A stretch of 63,273 bases of DNA, filler included, from Choristocarpus tenellus KU-1152 (taxonomy: Eukaryota > Protista > Phaeophyceae), in the NCBI GenBank assembly GCA_964200185.2. It is 10 parts of 10 records of this genome, joined end to end, with 100 filler letters (N's around TTAATTAATTAA, not from the genome) between each part and the next. Parts side by side here need not be neighbours in the genome. Positions count along the whole stretch, not along the records: positions 51,265 to 55,732 come from CAXNAD020014404.1; positions 55,833 to 63,273 come from CAXNAD020006157.1; 8 more parts are not named here. One strand, 5' to 3'. Shown piece after piece: positions 51,334-63,149 of the stretch (the stretch's first letter is position 1; every line of letters begins with the position of its first letter). Both the position numbers and the translations under genes were made by a program. The notes under the pieces were generated by a model, which was not told where the DNA came from, searched no databases, and was given only the letters and a program-made list of their open reading frames with translations.

Positions 51334-52259
51334 GCTCGCCGTCTCAAAACTGAGGGCTTGTCAGGGGCTGTGCTTACACTTTTGTGACTTGACACAAAGC
51401 TCCTCTACCTTCACATTATTGTTCCGATGTTTGTTTTGGAAATATACTTATTTGTTTGGAGTGTGTTAAATTTGCTCTCCATCTTTCTGGAGATTTTACT
51501 CCTCGTGTGTCATATTGAAATTTGGAATGTTTGAGATAGACCAGTGAGGAAAAAAAAAGGAAAAGTACCAAACGAAACGTTCGAGGATGTATTCTGGATT
51601 AGATGCTTCTCTTCAGTTTAAAGTTTGAAATGTCTGAGGTAGACCAGTGAGGAAACAATATGTTTGAGAATGTACTTCCCAGTGTTCAAGGCATCCAAAG
51701 TATGGTTGGTTCATCGTCTCAACTGCATTTCAGGGTATGTGCACCTATATGGGTATTATCAACAAATGCTTTTACACTGATTAGTGATGATGGCAGCGAC
51801 GAAAAGGGGGATGGGAGAGGAAGCATCGTCGAGGGAAAGGCCTATCGTAATCCCGGAATCACATAATCTCTTAGGATGCAACAAGAAGAGGAAAGGTGGG
51901 GGTTAAATCTCCAAACGACAGCCTCCTTCAGGAAGCAGCAATAATGACGACAATAAGAAGGAGAATGTCATTGATCTGGGCATCCCGGGTATGGTACTTG
52001 AGAAAATTTTATCTGAAGTGGCAGGTCAGAATGTGATATCAACAATATTGAGGAATCATCTTCACAGGAGTTCATCAATCTCTCTGAAGTCCACCCAATT
52101 AAGAAGCGTATCTCTAACACTCGTACATCTCCTACATCATTCAGCATTGAGGGACTGAGCAAGAGTGGCAATGGCATAATGGAAGTAGACAATTTAAGTG
52201 ATAGCAGTAACAGGGGCAATGATAGTGCAATCAATATGGGGGAGGATGCAGTTGGAATT

Positions 52260-52609
52260 GAGTCAAACCAAGAAGTAGGGAGGGTTGCATTTTATGGATC
52301 CTGAAAGAAGAAAAGAAATTCCTTTTTTTACAATTGGAATGAGAGGTTTTGCTGAATTGCGGTTTTCTTTTGTGTGCGGAAAGGGGGAATGTCGATTTTG
52401 TGAACACTATTATGCACATTGGAGCAAAGAAATAGAGTGCATTACACAGGGTAAGAAAAATTCCTTAGAATGCAAAATCGTGTAGGACATATATATCGAA
52501 TAGTGTAAAAAAAATAAAGAATGGAGAAATCAACCCTTCGAAGTCAAACTTGGCACTGGCTTAAAATGCAAAACGCCAAAACCTGGGTACCTCTCGTTTA
52601 CTTGGGTTC
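52260..52609 (+). mobile_element. Chimeric MITE: family C left portion fused to family D right portion
   Basis: 52260-~52480 matches 12401-12620; ~52490-52609 matches 25180-25336. Confidence 0.75.
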
Positions 52610-53270
52610 AAAATGTTATTGTGACCGTGGATAAGACCTCCACAAACGATAATAATAATAGAAAAACTACTGGTGCTGGTTGGTTAGGAGCGCAAGGGAT
52701 TAACAACTTCATGCGAAAACGACAGTGAGACCACATATGGAGTGAGCGATGATTTCTTCCAAGATTGCATCGTTTGCCTGTTGGAATCGAATTCCAAAAA
52801 GGACAATGGTGGAGGTGTGGGGAAATCAAGTGCAAAACCAAGAGTAGATGCACCTACCCTCAAACAGCTGATTGTTATCACATATCTGTTACGCTTAAGA
52901 CGGGTGCAAAGGCCACATCTATTGCAGCGGATAATCATTGCTGTACACAGAGCTATCCTGAAGGGGTGCTGTGAGCAAAAGGATATCACCAGCGAGATAT
53001 TGCAGACTGAATACAGCCAGATTCTAGTGAAGAGAAGAGGTATGTATCTCTACAATGTCGATGCAGAGGAATGATGGTTACTCATCACTCTTGAAAAATA
53101 GGCTACTCCTCTTTTATGTTATCAGTACAATACTATGCAGTATTACCGGTTAGTTCATACTGAATGTTGATTCGCACATCGGTGCTGATCATTACCCATT
53201 TCTTAGATCATTGATATGGCATTAGATGAAGATTTACCGTTGCAATTTGAATGATTTATAGCAAGTCTGA

Positions 53271-53528
53271 GAGTCAAAGTATCTGAGAGGGTAGAGCCGC
53301 GTCCATTTGGGGACCAAATCCGATGTTGCAATTTTGATGTTATTTTGGCTATCATGTTTGTTAGGATATGTCAATATCCTTGTTCCAGACACTCCTTTTC
53401 ATAACGTATATATTTTACATACTCCGAAACATTTTGGAGTAGGTAAAATGTCATGAAAAACACGTGGGAAGCCAAACCCCAGATGGACAAACAGGGCAAA
53501 ACTCGTACCCTCTAAGATACTTTCACTC
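53271..53528 (+). mobile_element. MITE family A copy; TSD TGA
   Basis: Complete TIRs; CTGA|GAG...CTC|TGAA. Confidence 0.95.
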
Positions 53529-55654
53529 TGAAATAGTGAACATCTCTCAAACATACAAGTCCAGCATGTGTGTTACATGAGTTGTCTCAGATATTTATTC
53601 AAGTTGTATTATTTATTTTTGTTCTTCAAAGCAGAAACATTAGTTGTATCTCAAACAATTATGAACGGGGTGATTTTGTGACGGTGTAGTTCACTCAAGC
53701 AAGGGTAATGAAGAGAATCATCAGGCAAGACGGGTCAGACGGACGAAGACGAACCACAACCGAGAGAATGAGGTTATGGTTGTACAAAGCAAGACTGAGA
53801 GGACTTGATGTAAAAAGTGGGGAAATGAGGAAGTGGGGAGGATCACGACTTGGATGTGTTTCAGAAATGAAACCCATCAGGGATAGGAGATCCGCCTTCG
53901 GAAAAACGTACTCATAAAGAGACGTTATGGGAAGCTGACTTTTTCCAAATATGTCGGGGGGGAAACCATTGAAAACTGTATGTCTCCAAATATCCTCCAC
54001 ACAGTTGAACCAAAGTCCTCAGAAAACATCCTCAATCGGTATAACGGTATATGGCGTATACGACCATTACGGTATAACAACAGAAAACCTGCTTTCCACA
54101 CAATACTTTTTTTTTCTTTTGTTGGCATTGCCTTCACTCACACACCGAACTCACTCTGCTTTAAGTGTATCACATGCACAACTGGGTGATACGTGTTCAG
54201 AGTTAAGACATCCATGAACTCCTTCACAAGGTGACAAGACTCTATGCAGAGAATGTATCTCTTCCTTTGAGTGCACCAAGGAACAACACACACACACACA
54301 CTACATTGTTCAACTTGCGACTGTGCAGAGCGTGTCCCAAGGTTTATCAATATGAATTCGTCAGTGATTCACTGCAGTTTGTCACCCCTTCACTCCAAAC
54401 GATCCTTCACTGTACAAGAGACCACGATTAATTCAATCCAAGGTTTCAATAATCATATCGTAACCTATGGGACATGCTGACAGAGGCCTACCCGAAGCTT
54501 AAGGATTGGTGGAAAAGGGAAGGCGGACATGACTTTCAAAGTTTCGAAGACATGACAAAGGTCTTGTCTTGAAGTGAGTTTTTGTTAGCTGTAGTTATCA
54601 TCTCGGGAAAATGATGAGTGAGTTTGAGGAAGGTGGATCACTTTTGTGTATAGGATCGTTTTTGGAGTTCAACAAGGCAACGTGGGGCACGTTTTATTGG
54701 CTTTTGAAAAGTTTGTATTTTGTCGGATATTGACAAATTGGTAGTTTTTTGTGTCAGGAGACCGGAATATCTCCTCCTCCCTATTTAGGCCGGATATTCT
54801 TGGTGTGGAAGACATGAGGAATTATCGTCTTCGAGTCTTTGGTGAATGGGAATAGATTACAGCCCACAGCATTTCCTGCCCATCTGCCTCCCTCGGCACT
54901 GCTTGCCATCACACACCTAATCTAAGGAAAATTATATGAATTATGTGCATACTCTACGGTTTGAAATTAAGTATAACCAGCTACAAACTCCCTTCATTTT
55001 GCTTCATCCACGATACTGGATTCATCAACCTCCTCTCCAATAACATTTTTTCTTTTTGTGCTTTTGGAATGACAACCTTCATATACCACGATTCTTCCAC
55101 CTCATATCCAGCTGTTGTGTAGTATGTGCTTTAAAGGTGCTTGTACCAAGCGTAGCTCATATAGCATGGACACGATTGATGGTAGGACAGGGAATGGTCG
55201 GTAGAGTCATTCACTTCCTTGGTATGTTCAGGGATATACGGATTGGTTGCTGTGCTGGGCAATCCTTTGAAATATGAAATTGAAAGACAGGATCTATGCT
55301 GGGTGTCCTACTCTAGAAATATTGATTGCATAATGTGAGAGGCACACAACCATGAGGACGTAACAAATCCCCGATGATGTTGACTTGGGTTTCACTCTAC
55401 CCCATGGATAACCCAGTCCAATCAGAGGAATCGAGACCACATGTCCATGACATACGACATATAAACATGTTAATTATTTTAACCCCTCCTGCAATTTGCA
55501 GATTTGGTCTTTTTGTTTTGCAGGAAAATAGAAGCAACAAACGAGAGGGCACAACAAATACTACAACAGAGTCTGTACAGCTTACAACCATGCCATCCAG
55601 CAATGTCTTGCACTGCATATATCACGCTGAAGTTCATAGGGACAGTGAAGGATT

Positions 55655-55732
55655 GACCCAAAGTATCTGGGAGGGGGGGGGGGGGGGCAGGACCAGGGGG
55701 TCCAATTGGGTCAAAAGATGGGAAGGGCGGGG
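55655..55732 (-). mobile_element. MITE family B terminus at contig end
   Basis: GACCCAAAGTATCTGGGAG + poly-G. Confidence 0.8.
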
Positions 55733-55832
55733 NNNNNNNNNNNNNNNNNNNNNNNNNNNNNNNNNNNNNNNNNNNNTTAATTAATTAANNNNNNNNNNNN
55801 NNNNNNNNNNNNNNNNNNNNNNNNNNNNNNNN
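55733..55832. other. Artificial contig-joining spacer
   Basis: N-TTAATTAATTAA-N, 100 bp. Confidence 0.98.
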
Positions 55833-55904
55833 ACCCAAAAATCGTGAGATGAAAAAATTGACCCCAAATGGACAGCCGCCACCCCCTCCCAGATACTTTG
55901 AGCC
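55833..55904 (-). mobile_element. MITE family B half at contig start
   Basis: ..GACCCCAAATGGACAGCCGCCACCCCCTCCCAGATACTTTGAGCC. Confidence 0.9.
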
Positions 55905-56145
55905 TTTGAACGACAAGTTTGGTTGCTGCAACTAATTCTAACAAGTCCACTTCAACACCACTTCAACAGTTTCTTCTAGCATGGACGTATTCCCTTTCTC
56001 ACCACCAAATCTTCCTCCTCCGAGGTGCGAACCAACCATCTTACAAGTTCTCCATGTGCTTCCCCTATCAAAAGATGCCAAGTCTCCAACGCCTTCCCTC
56101 CTACCTCTTGCGCCAAACATTCTCAAACCTTACGCCATCCTGAAG

Positions 56146-59100
56146 GCTCCAGGCACAGGTGCATGACCTTCAACGACTGCTGACTGAACAAGGTTGTCCA
56201 CGACTTGACATAGACAGGGTTTTGGCGGAGCGTGAGAGGGTGTCAGAGGTTGTATATGTTGTGGACCCTCGCATGCAGGAAGAGTTAGATATACTGAGGG
56301 AGCAGGTGAAGGATAGAGAACAGGTTATTCGAGAAATGAAAAGCAACAAGGGGTGGGACATCAGTGTTGACCGTATTGGCGGCTCGGATGGTATTGGTGA
56401 TGGGAGTGGCATCGATGGAGCTCATGGAGGTGGTTCTGGCAGCAGTAACAGTGGCAGCAACATCACAAGCGTAGATGGCAGGAGTGCTGGTGATGGTGGG
56501 GTGGATGGGGAAAAATATGGTGAATGGACTGCACTGGATGGTTGCAACAGCAGGGATATAACAAGCTTTGCTATCGATGATGACACTACGATAAAAAATG
56601 TCTCTGCCGTTGATACAAGTCCCACCGCCTGTGAAGACCATGTAGGTGAGGTCAACGTGGTTGTTAGTGATCATGCACATCTAGGTGGTGAATCCCCTGT
56701 AGAGTCTGCTTTGGAAAGTACCTTCCACCCAGAACATAATTTTCATAAGAGGATTGCCAGGAGTGCCCAAGTGGATTCCTCTACAAGTGGTACTGGGAGT
56801 CCTGACACGAGTAAGCACAGGATAAGTAAAGGAGGGAGCATCACAAAGTGTGAAAGAATGTGCGGCAATCCAGGACCAGAGGAGGAGCAAGGGGAGACGG
56901 TTCTAGCCTCAGTAACTAAGGGACTGGAGAAGTTCGAAGTGAGGGAGAGTACTGGGTGTAGATGTTGCTCCATTGACGGAATCGCGAGCCTTGTTTCTGA
57001 AGGTGTTGACAATGCAAGTGGCCCACATCCCTGCTCACCTCCCACTGAAGTCATCTGTCGCAATGACAAAAGCAGTGATCTCAGTCATGAAAAATTGACT
57101 GGAAAGAAAAGAGGCAATGATGGAGGTAGCAGGGGGGATATGGAATTGTGCAAGCCAGCGTTTGACACAGATGTTGGATTGTGTGAAGGGAACGGGACGC
57201 CAAGGCTTGTCACTCTGAAGAAGGTAAAATTGCGCAGTTATTTGCCTGTTGGTGTGGGACTGTGCCTGGTTGTCTGATAATTTTTTGTGCATGTAGTGGC
57301 TCAATGTATCTGGGGGGGGGGTGATAGCTGTCCATTTGGGATCAATTTTTTCATCTCTCGAATTTTGAGTGATTTGGTTCCATACGTCGGATCGATAATG
57401 TAAGTGCACTTTCCCCGATTTTGTCCCAAATGGACACCCTGGTATAGATCGTCCCCACTCCCCAGATACGTTGGGTCAGTCTCAACTGTTTTTTCTTTAT
57501 TTTTCACCAGTTGCTCCATAACCCTAGGGTTGGGTTGAACTATGGCAATAGGGATGTTTGTAGAACAGCTCGAAGTACGCATCCACCTGCTGGGTAGTTT
57601 CTGTACTACAAGTACGATTTTTTTTGGTACGGTTTGAGGTCCTATATGTGCAATCACTTCTGATTGATTCTTTCTATTGCGCCACCAACTACAGCAAAGC
57701 GCAATCTCTCTATATGCTGGTACAGCTAGATCGCCTTTTAGATTAAATGACCAATTCCAAATCAACCAGGACCAGCAAAAACCAGAATCGGGTAAAGCAA
57801 AGTTGTACTTCCTCCTGGAGGGCAGCATTGTAGTTGGAAGCGAGGAGGGAGCTGACATACACATTGGGGGTGAACACGTGCTTCCTAGGCATGCAATTAT
57901 CACCAGGTCTCAAGGTGCCTGTACTAAACACAAGTGTTATTGTTACTTAGGCTGGCATCCAGCTCCTTGTGGTGTGAGCTTTGATATCAAGCTCGGATTT
58001 GATTTTTTTAAATCATTTCGGTCAGGGTTTAGAATTAAAAGGAACAGAATACTATATATATATGTGTGTGTGTGTGTGTATTGCCAATAAAGTTGCAACA
58101 GTGATGCATACCACTCCAACATCTCTTGCTCCAAGGTCTACATCAGTAGTGAGAACATCTTCATAACTATTATGGTGGAATAACCTACAGCAATTACGAT
58201 CAAATTTTGGGACAGCATGGGAATTCGGTGTTCCAAACTACCCATATGTAGAACCTTGCCTCTCTTGCCCTCACTACCTTAGGAGCTAGTCCCTATGCCT
58301 TATCCACAAAGCCGCCTTTGCTCCCCCCCCCCATAAAACCTATGATTTCACCCTAACACACAGCTGTCCATATCTGAACAGTCTTCTAATCAAAATTTCT
58401 CTACTCTCTGTGTGCGTCACGGATAAGCTGGAACCATGAACTGGACTAGCCCATGAATCCCACCAAAGGTTTGCTGCAGTATCAAGATTAATTCACCTCT
58501 GTTGCAAAATAAAGCTACATCCGATCCTCATACACACTTCATTAAACCCAGTACATAATAGGTCTTCAGCAGGTCTATCGTCTATAATAACCCTCACCCA
58601 GACCCTGCTGCCTCCCTTCAGGAGTGGTGACAATTCACCCCCTGAATGATTCCCTAGTCTACATTAACGGGGCTAAGGTTTCAGAAAAACAATCCTCCCA
58701 GGAGGAAGTCGCCAAAGTCAATGTGGCGGTGCGGATAGATGCAAGGGCGGGGTTTAGCCAAAAAGGGGAAGAAGAGGAGGAAAGGGGAGGCAGGCGGTTT
58801 ATTGGTGGGGTAGTAGAGGGGGTCACACAGGGAGGCAAGGTGAAACAAGTCGAATACAGTAGCCCAGAACAAAGTGAGGACGGTGACAGCACCAAAAAAA
58901 TAGACATGTGTGGGCAGGGGGAAATGAGCGGCGGAGCTGCTGCAGTGCTGACTGATGGGTGTAGAGTGATTTTCGGGAAAAGTCAGGCGTTTCGGTTTGA
59001 GACAGGTCCTCCTCGTGACGATCTAGGTAAGGCATGTGAAATGAAATTTTTGATTGTAATGCATATTCAATAGGAGTGAAAGTATCTTAGGGTTAGGGTA

Positions 59101-62100
59101 CGATTTTTGCTCTGTTTGTCCGTTTCGGGCTTGGCTTCCCATGAGTTTTTTTTATGACATTTTCCTACACCAAAATATTTCGGGGTAGGTAAATTTGTAT
59201 GTCATGAAAAGGTGTGTCGAGAACAAGGATATTGACACTTCTTAACAAACCCGATAGCCAGAATTGGATCGATATCACAACATTGCATTTTGACCCCCAA
59301 ATGGATGAGGCTCTACCCTCTAAGATACTTTGGCTCTACCATAATATGAACGATGCATGCATTACTGATAATATGATAAATTACAATTTGAAATAGCTAT
59401 CAACAAACAACAATGGTATACTGTTAGAAAATACTTTTTGTGCATGTGATTCTTGGGTGGGTTTGTAATAGCACAGTGCTGTAGATTTGTTTTGGGTATG
59501 GGTTAATTGGGAGAGGATAATGCTGGTCTTGATCATTTCTGGATACTTAGGGTGAAGGTTAGAGATGAGAAGGGTGAGGGGTCAGGAAAATACTGTGTAC
59601 ACAGCAACATTTATTTGATACAGCGGTTTTGCAAGTACATCACATCAGGATAGAAAGGTGCATTTGTGCAGTGACAACATCCCATCCTTCATTAAGTTCA
59701 CATTATGCGTCTTGGCAGGCATTATCTCAGGACAGAAAACAAACCGGCTAGGACATGCAGACAATATTCTGAAGGACAATTGTATTTATGACGTGCTCCT
59801 TTTGATCGGTTGGTAGTGCTTATGTCATGGACCGTTCTTTGTAAAGTCAAAGGTGCAGCCACCAGGAATCATGAATGTAGTGTTTGAGTGGAGGATTGTT
59901 GCTTTGCTTTGGGACTTGTATGCTTGGCTCAAAGTATCTGGAAGGGGGGGGGGTAGCGACTGTCCATTTGGGGTCAATTTTTTCATGTTGCGATTTTTGG
60001 GTGATTTGGAGCCAAAGTACCTTAGAGGGTAGAGCCGCGTCCATTCGGGGGTCAAAATCTAATGTTACGATTTTGATGTAATTTTGGCTAATATGTTTGT
60101 TAGGAAGTGTCAATATCTATGTTTCGGACACACCTTTTCATAACGTATACATTTTATCTACCCCTAATCATTTTGGAGTAGGAAAATGTAAAAAAAAAAA
60201 AACATGGGAAGCCAACCCCCAAATGGACAAGCAGGGCAAAACTCGTACCCTCTGAGATACTCTCACTCTTGCTTGAATACGTTGGATGGATAATGTAAGC
60301 GCACTTTTCCTAGTTTTGGCCCAAAAAAACGACACCCTGGTGTAGACCCCCCCCCTCCCCCCCGAGATACTTTGGGTCATTTTTTCTCCTGCTTTGAGGC
60401 ATAGTAAACTGAAGTCAGCAGTATACCGATGCAATTTTCTTAATGATTCTCATTCAATAGAGTGACTGCACAGGAAAAAAAGCGTTCCCACACATTCCCA
60501 ACCAGCTTGAAAGTGAATCTGTTGAACGAAATCAGAATATAATTGTTTTTCTTTTGCAATGATTGCCTTGTGAACCTGTTCGTCGTTGTATGGATGGTGA
60601 GATAATCTTGCACATTAACAAAAATCGGAATATAATTGTTTTTCTCCTGTAATGATTGTCTTGTGAACCTGTTTGTTGTTGTATGGGTGGTGAGATAATT
60701 TTGCACATGAACGAATAATACTTCAATCTCCAGCTCACTTGTACAGGGTCGGGGTTAGGGTTAGCCCTAACCCTGCATCGAATGTTTTCTGCTCTGAATT
60801 GTTTCTTAATCCTAGGCAGGAATCAATATAGTAATAGTGAATAGGAAAGGAAATTCATGCTCCTGTGGACACCCACTTGAGCGTTGAGGACTTGGGCGTT
60901 GTGTACATGAAGTTCCTTTGAATAAAGTTGCCGCTTTTCCATTTAATGTGCAAGTAGCAAAAGGTTTCTACAGTAGACAGTTTCTAGCTTTGCTTTGTGT
61001 CCCACATTTCATGTAAATCCCACACCCTTGCCTCACTGCCCACCCTGCACCTGAAGTAATTAAGTCAACCTTCCCTTCTAGTCTAGATGAAAGTCGAGAC
61101 CATTCTACTGGGCCATGTCTTTGACTTATTGCCCACTGGGTGATGCGAGATTTACAAAAGCGAGTCCATATATTTTGAGAAGTATTTCAAGTTATATACC
61201 TCACAATTTTGACGTCCAGATAAAATACTTTCCTATACCTCTCTACGGGCATTGACTATCTCAATTGCATACCTCTACTGTTCTCGAATCTCGCAATATA
61301 ATACTCAACAGGAGGAGCCATGCACCATTCCATTGACTGGGTTTTTGCACACGAGGAACTGCTCAGACAAAACCCTGATATTTCCAAAGACTTTAAAGAC
61401 GCACAAGGTGACTTTTTGTGTGAAAGAGCTACCCTTGCAAGTTTAAAGATTCCAATAGAGAGGGGAGAGCCTTCATCCAGTAGCATCCCCACAAAACTGC
61501 CTCTCAAGGACCCTGTTGCTGAGATAGGGCCAAGTGCGTGTCCTGAGGATGCTGATATTAATGTGGAAGTTTCCTCAGTGCAAGAAGAAGGAACTTCAAG
61601 CCACCCTATAAACTGCTCTCTGAATGAGGGTCTGTCCAAGGAGGGAATGGCAAAGGAAGGGGATGGAGGAGAGCAAGATTACCCAGGCAAGGAAATGATG
61701 ACTTGGACACAGCAGCAAGACTCTGGTGAACTGGTGGAAACTAGCCTGAGAAATTCAACAAGGCCAATGGGAGAGACTGTGGAGGAGGGAGTGTCTCCTA
61801 CACTGATGGAAGCTCAAAGGAAAGGGAGGATTGGGCCTTCAGTTTCAGACAACAAACCTGATAGTTCTGTCCACTCTTCACAGCTCAGTCCTGTTCCAAG
61901 TGCCAGATCGCTCAGAACACACATGAAGGAGCAACAGCAGGTGAGGACTATTGGGATGGAGGGGGCGGCTTTAGAGAGTGGGTTATCTGCAGAGTTGATC
62001 AAGGTGCGGGAAGCATGGCGAGGAGCTGAGGCTGAGCTAGCTCGCAGTCAGCAAGAGGTGGACCAACTGAGGGAGGTTTTGAGAGAGGCGAGTGTTGTGG

Positions 62101-62101
62101 T
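56146..62101 (+). CDS. Kinesin-3-like protein, partial (coiled coil + FHA domain + tail); exons ~56146-57223, 57770-57914, 58622-59026, 61312-~62087/62101
   Basis: Phases match (0,1,1); PRLVTL (cf. PHLVNL), LYFLLEGSIVVG..DIHIGGEHVLPRHAII, VTIHP..VYINGAKV, LTDGCRVIFGKSQAFRF and DWVFAHEEL (cf. DWxFAQxEL) follow the kinesin-3 FHA layout; the motor domain is not in this contig. Confidence 0.8.
57298..57477 (+). mobile_element. MITE family B complete copy in intron; TSD AGT
   Basis: GGCTCAATGTATCTGGGG ... CCCCAGATACGTTGGGTC flanked by AGT. Confidence 0.93.
59074..59336 (-). mobile_element. MITE family A copy in intron, TIR carrying a telomeric GGTT insertion
   Basis: GAGTGAAAGTATCTTAG-GGTT-AGGGTACG; flanks TAG/TAC. 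Confidence 0.93.
59926..60378 (+). mobile_element. MITE family B copy interrupted by a family A copy
   Basis: B left part 59926-60008, B right part 60272-60378. Confidence 0.92.
60009..60268 (+). mobile_element. MITE family A copy nested in family B; TSD TTG
   Basis: Complete TIRs; TTG duplicated relative to the family B consensus. Confidence 0.95.
60529..60709. repeat. Tandem duplication, unit 93 bp
   Basis: AAATC(A/G)GAATATAATTGTTTTTCT...GGTGAGATAAT(C/T)TTGCACAT occurs twice. Confidence 0.9.
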
Positions 62102-62602
62102 GTAAGTCGTGGATTAGGTTTGGCATATAAGAGACTTAGGTTACTTGCACACAAAAAAGAGATGAAATAGTGTGGATTGGTGCACCTGGCCCTAGGAACG
62201 AAGCTATTTGATCGAACTGTTGTCAGAACCAAACGCGCAAAAAAAGCCGCTGTATCTACCCATATGCATGAGGTGAAGCCAATCAAAACCTTTCAGAGTA
62301 AAGTCACTTTTCTTCTTTTTGCCATGATCAAAAGCATGAAAGGCGTGTAGCACAGAATGATGTCATGAAAGGCCAACCCCCCCCAAAAAAAACAGCCACT
62401 ATCCAGCCAACTACTGAGTGAGATTTTTTTGACAGGGTGGAAATTAGTCATACCCCCCCAAAAGGTGCTCTGCTTTGCTTTGTTTCCACAAACGCAGCTA
62501 CTTTGTTTAGGCGATAAGAAATCCTTGCTTTGCTTTGGTTTAGGAAGGGCCTTACACTGGACCGGTCAACTATAATAGGGCTGGATCATGGGCTGGCCCT
62601 GT

Positions 62603-62860
62603 GAGTCAAAGTATCTTAGAGGGTAGAGCCGAGTCCGTTTGGGGTGAAAATCCAATGTTGCGATTTTGATATAATTTTGGCTATCATGTTTGTTTAGGAA
62701 GTGTCAATATCCATGTTCTGAACGCACCTTTTCATAACTTACACATTTTACCTACTTCGGAAAATTTCGGAGTAGGTAAGTGTCATAAAAAATCCATGGG
62801 AAGCCAAGCCCCAAATGGACAAGCAGGGCAAAATTCGAACTCTCTAAGGTCCTTTCACTC
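62603..62860 (+). mobile_element. MITE family A copy; TSD CTGT
   Basis: TIRs present; CTGT at 62599-62602 and 62861-62864. Confidence 0.95.
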
Positions 62861-63149
62861 CTGTAGGAATTGCTTAATATATGAGGTCCTATCAGACCTC
62901 CGAGAATTTGATTGGGCTTGTCCGCACATTGCCATGGGTAAAATATGTTCAATAGGGCCTGGTCAGGGCCTTCAACGTCAGTAAAGAGACTGCCCTGCAG
63001 GCTGGCCAGGTCAGGACAATTTTTGTTAGGGTCGGGCCAGGTCTGAGGTTGGTTGGACTGGGCCACGCTGTTTGCCTGTGACTACTTGCTATTATGAACA
63101 CACACTTGTTGCGTGCGGTTACATCATAGATCATCCACTGCTATGAACA

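Larger units (their letters stand above)
51900..54570 (+). pseudogene. Decayed coding sequence, possibly a DNA-transposon ORF
   Basis: Coding-like stretches broken by stops and MITE insertions (LIVITYLLRLRRVQRPHLLQRII; CRACPKVYQYEFVSDSLQ); no splice structure found. Confidence 0.3.

Noticed and set aside
2597-55832. Recurrent TTAATTAATTAA palindrome as a biological motif
   Set aside because: Always centred in an identical 100-bp N block; an artificial six-frame-stop linker
7652-62101. IQ, EsV-1-7, HMG and kinesin genes as a functional cluster or sex-linked block
   Set aside because: They lie on different contigs joined artificially; no linkage information
62226-62541. Possible fifth MITE family (GAACCAAA...TTTGGTTT)
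   Set aside because: TIR match too short, no TSD and no second copy in the window
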